Source: Lama glama
Taxonomy: Eukaryota
Assembly (NCBI GenBank): GCA_028534125.1
Contig: CM052816.1
Coordinates: 46,440,001-46,504,000 of the forward strand
Reading direction: 5' to 3'
DNA length: 64,000 nt
The position numbers were made by a program, and so were the translations under genes. The notes beneath the pieces were generated by a model, which worked only from the letters and a program-made list of their open reading frames with translations, made no database searches and was not told where the DNA came from. Below are positions 26,099 to 38,949 of this stretch, in pieces (within the stretch, counting starts at the first letter, position 1; each line of letters starts with the position of its first letter).

Positions 26099-27447
26099 AA
26101 TAGAGAAGGTAAGGAAGAAGAGAACACAGGAGGGAGAAAAGGAGAAAAGGAAGGAGAGAGGAGGGAAAAGCAAGCCGACCTCCTTCCTGCTCTGCACAAG
26201 CCCTCCCCACCCAGCAGCGGGGTGAGCAGCATCTACTGTACTGCCCACCATCTGAAAATCTGGATATGGTTCATCAAGTGAATGCAGTTGGCAGAATAAA
26301 CTATTAGCAGCACATCAAATACATCATATTCATAGTAACAAAAATAAAGCCAGTTCCAACAGTTGTATTTATAGGTTATATCTTTTGCAGGCTTTAATTG
26401 AAGAAACATTCTAAACATTTATCCAGATTTCAAAACCATATATTAGTCATTGATTTAATATATTCTCATACATGTGTTCAATATTTAGGCAATGTGCTAT
26501 TTTTATCTTAATTAAGACTTGTCTTTTTTTAACTTGCAGCAAGCTAAATCCCATGTATTGTCACAGTCAGAAGTCTAAACTCGGAACTTCATTTGTTTGA
26601 CTGAGCAGGTCCTCAACATAAAAGTCATTCTGTAGTGAAGGCATGTGAAAATATAAATGTACACGTTGCCTCATTTGAAATTATTCCTGTATCTAATATT
26701 TGAAACATAAGCAGGAAATGGTATGAGTAAAGTTTCAATTCTATCTAGTGTACTACAATCTTTTATTTTGCACCGGGACAAAGTCACTCAGAAAAACGCA
26801 TGAAGTCTATACATGAAACAGCCTGCCTTGTCCTTCTTTAACAAGGAGAGTGTCCTGACCTTCAGTTTCACTGATGCTTTTGGAAGAACATGTACTTCAC
26901 AGCTAAAATGGTTCCTTAGACAACTCAAGAATGGCCAATTGCAGTTTTAAACCGAGATCTACAAAAGACTTCCATTTGGGAAATCAATGACTTCATTAAT
27001 ATCAGCTTCTTCAGCTGTAAAATGGACATTTTAAGTGAAATCAATGAATAACTGATATAGATATATAAAACCAACCTACTTATTTTTGACACTACTTTAT
27101 TTACTTTCAGGTGATATTCACTTTTAATTTGATACATTGTGAACCACACTGCTCATTTGTCTGCCAATTTAACATGCTTGTGGCACAAAATTTATCACAA
27201 ACCACTTAAGAATTTTTGGAACAAAAGTAGTGTGTTTCCAGCCCTCACAATCAAAATATCATTTCCAAAGGGGCCTGAGAATAAATTCAGATATACTGAT
27301 GTGAGTCTCAGGTCATTCAATTTTTAGATCTTGAAAATATAGTCAGAGTCTTCTAAGACCTGTACCATACTATCTGCTTCTTGATAAAATAAGCTGACCT
27401 TAAGAACAATTATTATGCATTGTTTCTTTGCCTTACTGCATTGGGAA

Positions 27448-27693
27448 GGAAAGGCAGCAGTATGAGAAATACTGAGCACAGAACTTTGAATCAACACTCC
27501 TGGATCCATCATTGATTACTTGTACAATCTTCAGAAACTCATTTCCTCTCTCTGAGGGTCTTGGAAACCTTAGTTTCTTTGTCAGCACACAGAGATAAGA
27601 ACACACATGCTGGTATAACTTGTCTTAACTGACTGCAGTGAAAATATTATCTAAGGAGCTATGCATAGAGTGCTATATAAATGCTTGTTATTA
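27448..27693 (+). mobile_element. MIR-family SINE
   Basis: aggcagcagtatg..gagcacagaactttgaatca..ctcatttcctctctctgag..gtgctatataaatgc..ttatt. Confidence 0.6.
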
Positions 27694-28725
27694 CATTTCC
27701 ATAATCTTTAAAATTCATTCTTCATCATGGAAAACATTTTAAACGTTCCAAAATCAAACTAGGTAAGTGTTTTTGACAAGCTTTCTGATCAAGTGTTAGG
27801 TTATCTGCACGGACTTGGATGCTTCCAGATCTAAACAAAGTCATACTGCACAGACTTCTCACACTGAGCACTTTCCTTGACATTGATAAATTCCTGGTTG
27901 CCAAAGTGTACAGAAGATGAATGCACTTGGGCAAAATAAGAGCAGAATAAAAGCCCTTCCCGTTGGATAGTGCCTGGCAGGCCCTCAGTACAATGGTTGA
28001 ATGAACCTTCTCTATAGGTAAGATGAAGGTCTTTTTTGATCTTGGAAGACAATCTGTCAGTTTCTTCCAAGTTATTTTTAATACAATTTCCTTGACTACA
28101 TGCTAATAAATAAGGAAGGTTTTGCAACACTGTCCTGCAGCCTCATACCAAGCCAGACTCTGCAATACAATCAGCTACTGTGGGCCAAATTTTCCTCTTA
28201 AAAGTCATCTTGTGTATATATATATTGGCACTATCAGACACCTGCTTTAATAACTTCTCTCACCAGTTCAAACATGTAGTAGTATTTCACGTATCTTTAG
28301 TCTCCTTCTTTATAACAGCATGAAAAAAAATCGTGTTATAAGATATATCTTTGAGCACATTTCCTCCAAGCAAATTCTGGAATTCTCCTAAAATAACATG
28401 GAGAGCAAAGGAAGATGATTGGGATGGCTAGCAGACCAGAGTTGGCACTAGCGAATGCCAACTAATACAATTTTTATGGAGCAAATATATTCTTTTGCTT
28501 TTTTTGAAAATGAACTACAGAAACTGAAATATAATTCCCTTTTTAGGCAATGTTTCTAACTCTAATGGATTGAGAAAAGACAAGAGGACTGAAAGACAGA
28601 GCTCTCTAACATCTAAGACTTTCCTACCTCGCTGTCAGTTCCAGGATCTGCCACTTTGCTCATATTGACCATGTGCTGCTTCTTTGGCCTGGTGTCTGAG
28701 AGCTGCCCTTTCCCTACTTAAAAAT

Positions 28726-28757
28726 ATAATTGACTGTACTTCAATTAAAAAAAAAAA
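28726..28757 (+). mobile_element. Ultra-short L1 3' tail insertion
   Basis: aattgactgtacttcaatt + A11, resembling the L1 terminus at 6167-6196; AAAAAT direct repeat at a TT|AAAA site. Confidence 0.6.
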
Positions 28758-29669
28758 TGAAGTCAGCTACCCTGCTATCATGGCATCTCTCCCATCATTA
28801 GTCTCTGCTTTATACAGTTCTGTCTTATTACGGCTCTAGCTTTTGTGTGTATTTCTTACTCAGAAATTGTTAAAAAGGAATAGAAGTTTAGCAGCCTGTG
28901 GCAATGGAAAATAGCCTGAAAATTAGAGAGGCAGAAGTTGAATAAAACAGTATGGTTGTTTTTATGAAAATACAAATTGCTGAGAACAATTTGTAAAATG
29001 TAGATACATATATCTTAAATGGAGAAGCCCTAACATAGTCATCTTAAATTTGGGCAGTTACATATGGTTCTTTATTACTTTAACATTCAATAATGGTGAG
29101 TGATTCCATATTCATTAGATTCCATATGTAGTCTGAAAGACCTGTACATACGGAAAAATGGATAAATCTTCCTAGCTCCTGGCCAGAAATAGACAGTTAT
29201 GTTGTGTTCTTTGTGTTGGTGGTGGTGCTGTCCATGTTGGTGGTAACAATGAGGTAATTTTGGTTTTGGTTTTTTTTTCATTTGGCATGAATATGTAGCA
29301 AACTTAGATATAAAGCTGAATTCCAAATATTTTTTTCTTTATTGATTGAAATAACTTTTTGGTTCTCTTTACAGACATATAATTACATAAACATACCATT
29401 GATATTTCAAATGATCTGAAAATCGGATTAAGGTAGTAAAGTCAATATAAAAGGCAAACTATATCTAAAAGAGATTAAAAATTTTTGTGTTTCTTTGCAA
29501 AATAAGCCATAGAAATAAAGGGATCATAACTTATGACATACTCTATATTTCATGTGTTTCCCACATCAATATCAACAATCTTATAAACAAATATTAAGAC
29601 AAATTTACCTTCAAAAATTACTTCCTTTAGTGAATAGATGCAAGGCTGTATGACTGAATGACTCCCAGT

Positions 29670-29785
29670 AAAGAACTGAAGCTCAGAGAAATTAAGTGAC
29701 TCACTAGAGATGACACATTAATGTATTTTAAGATGTTGGCCTTGAACACAGGTATTCTGACTCCATTTCATTGTGCTTATGACTT
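29670..29785 (-). mobile_element. MIR fragment
   Basis: aactgaagctcagagaaattaagtgactcac..tgaacacaggtattctgactcca. Confidence 0.75.
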
Positions 29786-32000
29786 CCCATTATTCTCTTC
29801 CAACAACTGACATTAACTTTCATTTACTCTTCTCTTCTGCTGTAGATCTAAGATACCCTTGGCAAATGAAGTCCAATGCAATTTTCCTGTTTATCAACCA
29901 ATAAATAGCCATCAATTTATAGCATGTGCTCTTTGATCTCTGGACAGATCTGGACTATGGGAGACATATTGAGGAAGAGATCCATAGGGAGTTGTGCAGT
30001 GAAATTAAAGTGAGAAGAGAAGAAAACAGAGAGCACTTTGATTTAAGAGCAGAATCAAAGAAAAATATTGTACTCATCTTCAGTTCATACTGGGGATTCC
30101 ATTAAAAGCAATGACAGCATTAACAATCTTAGTGTTCTCCCTTAAAGAACAGAAAAGCTTTAGATGTTTCCTAGACCTAGAGTTCTCAACCAGAAAGACC
30201 TGATTAGTTAGGGGATGGATAGAAAGTAACTTATTTCAAACTGCATTTACTTATTATTAAATATTATAAATTTAAACTTCAAATGATTTAATTTTACCAA
30301 AAATTAAAATGAATTCAAGCTTATCCGTGTAATAAAACCACTCTTCATGTGAATCTCAATATTGCTTCCCAAGACTTCAAGATGGAGCAGAAAAGCCACT
30401 GAGATTCTGTGAACTGCTTAGAATCCAAAACTTATCTGGGTGTGTTTATGGGAAAGTTGAAGGCTTAAAAATACTCTCCTAACCTGCTGAAACATTTTGC
30501 ACTTATTCCCCAAGACCTGTTAGAAAAAAGGTAAGCAGGCACTCATTTGAGCCTCTGATTTCCCTAAGGGTGAGAAAATGGGAAAGAAGTAACATTTAAA
30601 TGAAAGTAGTTGCTCTGGACAATTAACCCAGTGGATCAAAGGGGATTATGCTTGAATAATCATCTCGCCAGCTACTGACTGAAATTTAAGAATAAAGTAA
30701 ACATGAATAACTGGGAAATATTACACTGTTTATGAGTTCCAAGTATATTAATCCTATCTTTGTCAATGTTCCTTAGGTACGTCAGGAAAGTGGTGGCATT
30801 TTTTTCTAGTCAAATAAAGAAAGGTTTTTCTTAGACAAGGAATTCCATCATTTCTGAACTTTTACAATTGTGTTCTCTACCTATCATTTTCATATGCTTC
30901 CTTAGCCAGCAAATGATGTGGTAAAATTGTGGGTAGCGGCAGCATGAAGAACAGAACCATTTTAATTTCTCCCATCTGGCATATTAGCATTAATAAAAGA
31001 TGTTTAAAAAGAGAAGCCCTGAAAGGCTTTCACCTCTTGATTTAACAAGATAATAAGGAAAGCTTGCAATCTGACACTAAATATAACTGATAATATGAGT
31101 GAGTATAATGTGATGATCACTAAGATCAACCTTTGAGACAATTTTTAAAACCCTGCTGATTATAATACAATCATGTTAAGACTAGCACTGAAACTATTGT
31201 TGTTACTTTTTAGTACAAATACAATAGGAAACTTTCCATTTCACAGTAATATAGACTATATGGATTAATAGGATCGAAATGAAGAATATACCTATAGCTG
31301 CCTTATCTGTCAAACTGACCATAATGCATCCCCCATTGTATGGAGTTAGCTACCTTAGTATTACTAATGAATCCTTTTACATTACTGGTTTAGATTAAGT
31401 ACTGCACAATGCTGATTGTATTTTTCTACATTTATCTGTTTCACCCATTTTTGTTTTTATTCCACCATTCCTCTTGCTAACAACTCATTACTATTTTCCC
31501 ATTTACCCTGAGTTTTGCTGGGACAAGGGAGATGATTTTATTTACCCTGGCAGTTTCTCAATTCAAGTGGAATTTGAGGATCATATTCTTCTTAATTGGA
31601 AAATTAAGTGGTTTGTCCAAGTTTTTCATAATTTTGTTGACCGATGGTTTAAACCACAACTAGAACTCAGAAGAACACCATAGCTGACAACTACATACAG
31701 TAGTAAAATTAGCAGCTCACAAGGGAGTTTAACACAAATGTAATCTCAATTCATTTCTTCAGGTTACCCTTGACTGTACATCAGATGAGGTATTTCAGTT
31801 AGTTATCTTACAGGATAAAAAATCAGGCTGGGAGTAAAATTTTGCTTGCAAATATGCTTGTTTCTACGAAAATATATTTAAAGTAGGGTCAGTAAGGTCA
31901 TCTGCTAATCCTGATACCAAGAAGCACCTAGAAATATAAGGACAGACCCAGTTACATAAGCCATACCCATGCTAATCACTACCTTAAATAAAGGCAGAGA

Positions 32001-32029
32001 TTTGTTTTGTTTTGTTTTGTTTTTTGTTT
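32001..32029. repeat. (TTTTG)n simple repeat
   Basis: tttgttttgttttgttttgttttttgttt. Confidence 0.85.
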
Positions 32030-32680
32030 ATTCAAGGCAAAATTTGGTAGTGTGCCATTTAGAGCTTAGAACTGAGTAATAAAGAAAATTCCTAAGACAT
32101 CCTTAATGCAAATTTTAAGTACCTGCAGGGCAGGAAGTTTATTTACATAATGAATCGATAAGCACATAGGGAGTACATGAAGACTTGTTAGTTTACTTTT
32201 GCACATATGGTATATAATCCTCAAGGCCACCTTTGTGTTACAAAGATACAAATAAACCTGTAGCAATCACAATGGATATATACATGCCATGTAATCATCT
32301 TTCCTATATGTCTTGTTTAATTTCTCAATTGAAAGCAACTGTGTATATTTTAAAAGTCCAATGCAAAAAGCAGTGCAGACTAAGGGACAATAATGAGAAT
32401 TCTATGCAAAGAATGAGGGCTGAATGTGATCCATAGGAGAAATGATAAACCCATGGTAACCATGGCAGATTTTTATTTTTAGACAGTCTCGATTAATCAA
32501 AATCATTTGGCTAGATTTTTTTTTTTTTAGATTGAAGAATCCAACTATACAAAAAACTTACTCTGTAGTCAGGGCTATACCAATGTGTAGTATATATAAA
32601 TCACTAAGAATTCAGAAGAAAAACAGTGTAAGTCTTCATTCATTCCTCATATGGAGAAAACAAGGGATCTGAACCTTGTC

Positions 32681-32740
32681 AATATAGTGGATGAAAAATT
32701 ATGATTCTTCCTAGGTTCATAATTTTTCATCCACTATATT
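32681..32740. repeat. Perfect 24-bp inverted repeat with 12-nt spacer
   Basis: aatatagtggatgaaaaattatga (32681-32704) is the exact reverse complement of tcataatttttcatccactatatt (32717-32740). Confidence 0.97.
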
Positions 32741-33689
32741 CAGTATTATTTTCAGTAATCCCAGAGGTAAGTACATTTCTTTTTCATTTCTTTTTTTTAA
32801 AAAAAACCTAAAAATCATTTAAAGTGGAGTTTCACAGATGCACAGAATAGATCATATGCACTAACAGCAGTAAGTACTATGTTTTAGATGGAAAGACTCA
32901 CATGTATCATAAAATCCTTTTACTCTCTTTCTCTCCATAAAGACTGATAAATCTTCTCAACAGTACATTATTACTACTTTCATTTAAAATAAGAATAATT
33001 GTATTTATTTTGAAGACACAGAATTAAAACTGGATAAGAATCATTGGTTAATTTACCCAAAGCTAATGGATATGAACAGTTAACTGCTTTCTGTATTTCA
33101 AACACTTTTTAGAAATACCAATAGAATATAATTTTTTAAATTTCCCTTAAGTTGCCATCTTTTATAAAGTAAAGAATACTTGATTCAATGTTTTCCAACC
33201 AAAAGGAATAAAAAAGTCTCAAATGGGCAATTATTTTCTATGGATCCATCCTCATAGCAAGTTTTTCTGGAAAATCTAGAACTCTCCTTGATAGTGAATT
33301 TTCCAAGAATTACACGTAACTTTAAGACAGTTTCTATAATATGGATGAATCATAAAGTAAACTCTTTGTTTAACAAAACCACTGGACATGTATGTTTATC
33401 ACACTGCTTGAATGGCTTTAGTTTTGTTGACAAGAAGTTGACATTATGAATTTAAGGTTTCCCTTCTAGCCAAGGGATATGGATGAATCACTAACAATTC
33501 ATTACCACTACTGGAAAAGTAATACAAAGCACAATGCATGTCAATTTCACACTGGTAGTATCAACTTTCCATGTAGAAACTGATAAAACTCCTTTTATAT
33601 CAAATGTATTTCAAATTTTAATTAACAAAACAAAAAGCCAACACAAGGCATCTTGAAATAAAAAGCAATAGATACCATTGAAAAATTAA

Positions 33690-34697
33690 TTTGTGTCAGA
33701 TTCTGGTTTTTAAATATCATTCTCAAAATAAAAAGCAATTAGATTGGAGAAACGAAGAAAAGGCTGATTCTAGAGCTGGATTAAGGAAAATACAGGTAAG
33801 CTTGGAGCATCCTGTAGTACTAAAACAAAAAATAAAGGCCCGGAAGGTGTGTCCGAAGGACACAGGAATTGACCTGAAAGAGCCCCCAAAGGCCTAAGTT
33901 GGAATAATTTGATCTAAAAAAAAAAGGAGTATTGGGTTACAGCCCAAAGTATAAAACAGATGTCCATGTGTCCACTCTGATATAAATATTTATCACTTAT
34001 TTATGGGAAGAAGAGACAAATCCTTAAAGAATTTCAAATATATCTGGAGATTTTTCCCTCTTGGAAGTGAAGTTTAATTCCCCTCCTCTTAAGTACAGAC
34101 TGGAATTAGTGATCACTTCTAATGACTAGAGTTAACAGGAATAGTAAGAGACAAAATAGTAAGCTTACAGTGGAGAAACCCTGCAAACACAACTTTAATA
34201 AGCAATGAAGATTAACATCTTCAGTGATGTCATGTGGGTATACTGTGTCCTCTGATACAGCAGATGAGAAGGGTACTTAACCTCTGTAATATTCTTTAGA
34301 AAACTCGTTAATTCCAGTATAATGATAAAAATATCAAACACAGTTGGGAGATATTCAATAGAATGCCTGGCTATTGCTCCTCAAGACACTCAATGTTATG
34401 AAAACAAGAAAAGATTGAGAAACTATCACAGATAAGAAGAAACTGCTTACCGGGAAACCATGGTAAATAGATGCAACGTATTATTCTGCATTAGATTTTG
34501 GAACACTAATGGTAAGTTTGGTAATATTCAACTAGTACAGAGTTAGCAGGTTTCTTCATTTCAAGAAATGTAGCATTGTAATGTAAGATGTTAACAATAG
34601 GGAAAATTAGGTGAGGGGTATATAGGAACTCTCTGAACTATCTTTCCAACTTTTCTGTAAATCTGAAATATTTCCAAACAAAAACTTCATTAAAAAG
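33690..34697 (+). mobile_element. Old L1 3' UTR (L1MC3/L1MD-like)
   Basis: ctgaaagagcccccaaaggcc..cccaaagtataaaa..tacagtggagaaacc..ctcctcaagacact..taatgtaagatgttaacaatagggaaa..ggaactctctgaactatct..ttttctgtaaatct. Confidence 0.85.
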
Positions 34698-34711
34698 TAA
34701 TTGTCTCAGTT

Positions 34712-34790
34712 CAGGCAAGACATATATGAGAAATATCTGTACCTCATCCTCAATTTTGCTGTAAAACTTAAACTGCTCTTAAAAAATGTT
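34712..34790 (+). mobile_element. L1MC1/2-like 3' terminal fragment
   Basis: atatgagaaatatctgtacc..ctcaattttgctgtaaaacttaaactgctcttaaaaaa. Confidence 0.65.
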
Positions 34791-34841
34791 TTAGGTCTTT
34801 TTTTTTTAAAGAGTATTATTTACTTGCAGAAGAAAAAAGTG

Positions 34842-35933
34842 CCATAGAGAGCCCAGAAATAAACCCTTGTATATGGTCAAACGATTTTCAAAAGGGTGTC
34901 AAGATCATTCAATGGGGAAAGGACATCCACCTGCAAAAGAATGAAGTTGGACCCTGATCTTACATCATATACAAGAATTAATTCAAAATGGATCAAACAC
35001 CTAAACATAAGAGTTAAAACTGAAAAAAAATTCTCAGAAGAAAACAGGGGAAAGTATTATGACAAAGGATTTGGTAATTATTTCTTGGGTATTACAAGAA
35101 AAGCACAGGCAACAGAAGACAAAGTAGGTAAGTTGGACTTCATTAAAATTAAAAAATGTTTTTACATCAAAAAACACTATCTTGAATGAAAAGACAATCC
35201 ACAGAACAAGAAAATATTTGTGAACCATCTATCTGATAGGGGATTGATATTCAGAATATATAAAGAACTCCTACAACCCAACAATAACAACAGCAACAAA
35301 CAGCCCATTTTAAAAATGGGCAAGGACTTAGACATTTCTCCAAAGAAGACAAATGGCCAACAAGCACATGAAAAGATGCTCAAAATCACTTGATTTGATT
35401 GAAATGTCAATCAAAACTATAATGAGATACCACTGCATACAAAATAGGGTGGCAACTATCAAAAACAAACAAAATAACAAGTATTGATCAGAAAGTGGGT
35501 AAGCCAAATATGGTATATACATATAATGGCATACTACTCACCCATAAAATTCTGACACTTGCTACAACATGGGTGAACCCTTGAAGACATTATGCTAAGT
35601 GCCATAAATCAGTCAATAAGACAAATACTGCCTGATTTCATGTATATGAGGTACCTAGAGTATCCAAATATATAGAGAAAGATGAGAGTCAACATTTGCA
35701 AATCACGTATCTGCTAGCAGAAGGGTGGTTGGCAAGGGCTGGAGGAGGAGGCAATGGAAAGTTAGTGTTTAATGGGTATAGAGTTTCAGTGGACAAGATG
35801 AAAAATTCTGGAGATGGATGGTGGTGATAGCTGCACAACAATATGAATGTACTTAATGCCACAGAACTATACACTTCTAAACAGTTAAAATGGTCGATTT
35901 TATTACATATATTTTACCACAAAAAAATTTAAA
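34842..35933 (+). mobile_element. L1MB-like element: decayed ORF2 C-terminal part plus 3' UTR, with internal deletions
   Basis: ORF 34896-35189 gives the L1 ORF2-like peptide TCKRMKLDPDLTSYTRINSKWIKHLNIR..KLDFIKIK. 3' UTR gggtatagagtttcag..ctggagatggatggtggtgat..gtacttaatgccac..ttttaccacaaaaaaa. Confidence 0.93.
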
Positions 35934-36614
35934 GATAATTGTCATAATAATATGTTCAATTTTTAACAATTTTAATTCTTTGATGTATACATTATTGTTG
36001 TGAGCATTTCCAGAGACAGGAATAGGGTTGCTAAACATAACAAATGGAGACTGGAAACTGGATTATAAAACCAGTTATGATAGAAAGTTAAGAAGTGCCA
36101 GAACTAGGTAAGGATACATAATTTAAATGTGTGAAAGACTTAGCAATAGACAATTTAAGCTTATTAGGTTACCTGCTTAGGCAAAATCTCTAGAGCTCAG
36201 CAGTGGCTAACACATTACTAACTTTTCTTTAAAAAAAAATTGGTATCACACATTAGTTTTCTTGATATTAGTCGAAATAAAAAGAAATAATAATAATGAA
36301 TACCTTTATATAAGTAAAAATATACTGTCAAACATTTTACCTTTGTTGAGATATGTGCTTAAAAGTAAATTATAATAAGTGAAAGTAGTAGGCTGACTTA
36401 GAAAACATTAGAAAAATATCATAGTAATTTTTTTGCTTTTTCTTTCCTCTTGAGGATATTTCTCTTGTTCTCTTGGTGTGATTTTTCCCATTACAACCCC
36501 TCGTCTTCCAATTCTCTCCTCCTCATTGTTTCTTTACTCAAATCAATAAGAGGCAGAGAGACTTTGTCTGTCAAGCTTGTGTGTCTTTAAAACACACAAA
36601 TTGAAAGAAAAGGT

Positions 36615-36700
36615 ATTCATTCATTCATTCCTTGCTTAATACATACTTATTAAGAGTATAATTATGCAGAAGTTTGTTCTTGGTGCTGTGCTATAGTCAA
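36615..36700 (-). mobile_element. L2 3' tail fragment
   Basis: (attc)n followed by acatacttattaagag..tatgcag..ggtgctg. Confidence 0.55.
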
Positions 36701-36849
36701 ATTTTTTATTTCTGGTCTTATTTTGCCCTATAAGTTTCCTCTTTGCTATTATTAGTCATTTTTTTTTCCTCTTCCAACCACAAAGCCCTTTTCTGAAAGC
36801 TTTACAAAATTTCTTTTGATGTATCACTTCATAATGGATCTGAATCTTG

Positions 36850-36918
36850 CATACCAGTGGTTAGCACATGGTAGTTGCTAAGTAAACATGTAATGAATGC
36901 ATCTGTTGAATGAATGAA
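36850..36918 (+). mobile_element. L2 3' tail fragment
   Basis: cagtggttagcacatggtagttgctaagtaaac..gttgaatgaatgaa. Confidence 0.6.
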
Positions 36919-38850
36919 GAGGTGAATCTTGATACACTTTCACCATCAAAATGTGAATGCTAATTGACCTACCCTGGGTTATAAAAACTTCAAACATAAC
37001 CAATTAACTACCCCAGAAACATTTATGAATGTTAAATTTCAAAGTTCAACTGAAAACAAAGTCCTATTTATACAAAAATCTGTTCTCGAGTGTTCTTCAG
37101 ACTCATTAGAATGTAACTTCTTTTTAAAACCAAAAAGTAATTACAATGTTTGAAGTACACTGTGACTGTGTTTGATTACTAAGTTATCGATTAATACAGA
37201 AAGCATTCAACATTCAACAACATTGTTTAAATGTCACAGAAGTTTAGCAAAGGGAAAATTAGAAGTATACATCTGGTTAATTCTCTGAGTTATAAATTTA
37301 TAATTAAAATCTGACCAAGCTTTAGATACTTATGAGCTTAATTGACCATGTAATTCCAAAACACGCTACAAGCATTTTATTATAGAAAGTGCATGGTTAT
37401 AGGTACATAGTTTAATGATGACAAATCCTGCACATCAAATTCCACTTTTATTTAAATTTTTTTTAAAAAAGCTTACCCTTGAATCAGAGACATAATCTCT
37501 TAAAACACACCATATGTCTTTTCCTTTGTAGCACATGTTTAAAAGCAGCCTTAATTAGAGTCAAGGCATTGTTTGGTTTCTCCACAGCCATTTCTCTCAT
37601 TCTGTTAAGCACTATAGCAAAGTTAGAGCTGCTCCTTTTCACAGGTTGGAGATCACATTAGTGAAGAGAAGGCTCTGGAGGGTCCAGAAAATCTAAGGGG
37701 CTGCAACAGGGCATTAACTAAAATCAACACCATGTATTTAACATTCTTTCAAGGAGACAACATAAGAGATCTTACTTTTTTCGTTTATAGAATCAAATAT
37801 TTATAAGATATAAATGCTTGTCTAGTTTAGTGAAGATAAAGGACCTTATTAAATATCAAGTGAGAGGAAATAAGGAATAAAATAATTCTTGACCTGTGAC
37901 CTTCTGTTTCTTACTTTGTCCAATGAGCCAAGAGTATATGGTCATATAATTACAGAATTCCAGGAAAGATCTAAGGCTGAGTGTCCTGCTTAGAAGTGTA
38001 AAGCTTCTCTTGGTCTGAAGAACTGAATGGTTCACATTCTTTCAGGAGAGTTTATTCTTTTATTTTAAAAGAACTACACAATACTAAATCATCTTCTTTT
38101 ACTTGATATCCCTCGTTTCTTTTCTCATCTTCAAATTTCCAACTCATTGCTTTTATATAAAATAAAATGATTTATCTTGCTATAGAAGAGTTTATTTAGC
38201 CTGGCTTCTTATACAGTGTCTTCTATTCAAAGGCTTTAATTCCAGCTCTCCTTGAGCTTTGGTTCTCCTTCTCCCTTCCTTGCCTTTACAGACAAGCCTA
38301 CAGACTCCAGATAAACTTTTTATCCAAAACTGTCCAGCAATATCATGAGCTTTCTACAAACCCATTCCCATCAGGTATATTCTGGGAAAAATTAAGAAGT
38401 TAAAACGTAAAATAATCAAATATACACTACTTTCATCATTTTTTCTTAGAATTTAATTAGACAGCAGGAATCATTTTTGGGTAACATTTGTCTGAAAAAC
38501 ATTAGTAAGCATCTGCTATAGGCACATGACTCTTCTAGGTACTTCAGCAGAAACCAAAATATACAACCTCTGCCCTTAAGTTTAACTGAACTACAAATCA
38601 GTCAGCAATAGAAGAAATAGTTCCTGCAAATTATAGTAAATTGAATGGACAAACAAAAGTTAATATTTATGGGGAATATTTAATTAGCTACTTTCATCCT
38701 TATGGTTTTAATACATTAAAATTTTAAACTCATCTTTACATTTTTGCTTCCTCACCAGAGCCTTCACATTTTTTAACCTCTTTGTCCTTCTCATGACCTC
38801 CTTAAAAATCTCCTACCCTTCTCTACTTTTACAAAGATCTACTTATCCTT

Positions 38851-38852
<2 letters not shown>

Positions 38853-38884
<32 letters not shown>
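38853..38884. repeat. (AC)16 microsatellite
   Basis: Perfect AC run of 32 bp. Confidence 0.97.
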
Positions 38885-38886
<2 letters not shown>

Positions 38887-38949
38887 CTGGTGGCATGACA
38901 CTTTTCAATCTGAGTTTTAACATCCTAATTCTAAAATCATTTTATGTGC

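Noticed and set aside
33339..33490. 14-bp direct repeat atatggatgaatca
   Set aside because: No element between the copies; plausible by chance or old duplication in AT-rich DNA.
34896..35189. 97-aa ORF as a gene
   Set aside because: Decayed L1 ORF2 fragment with deletions and frameshifts.
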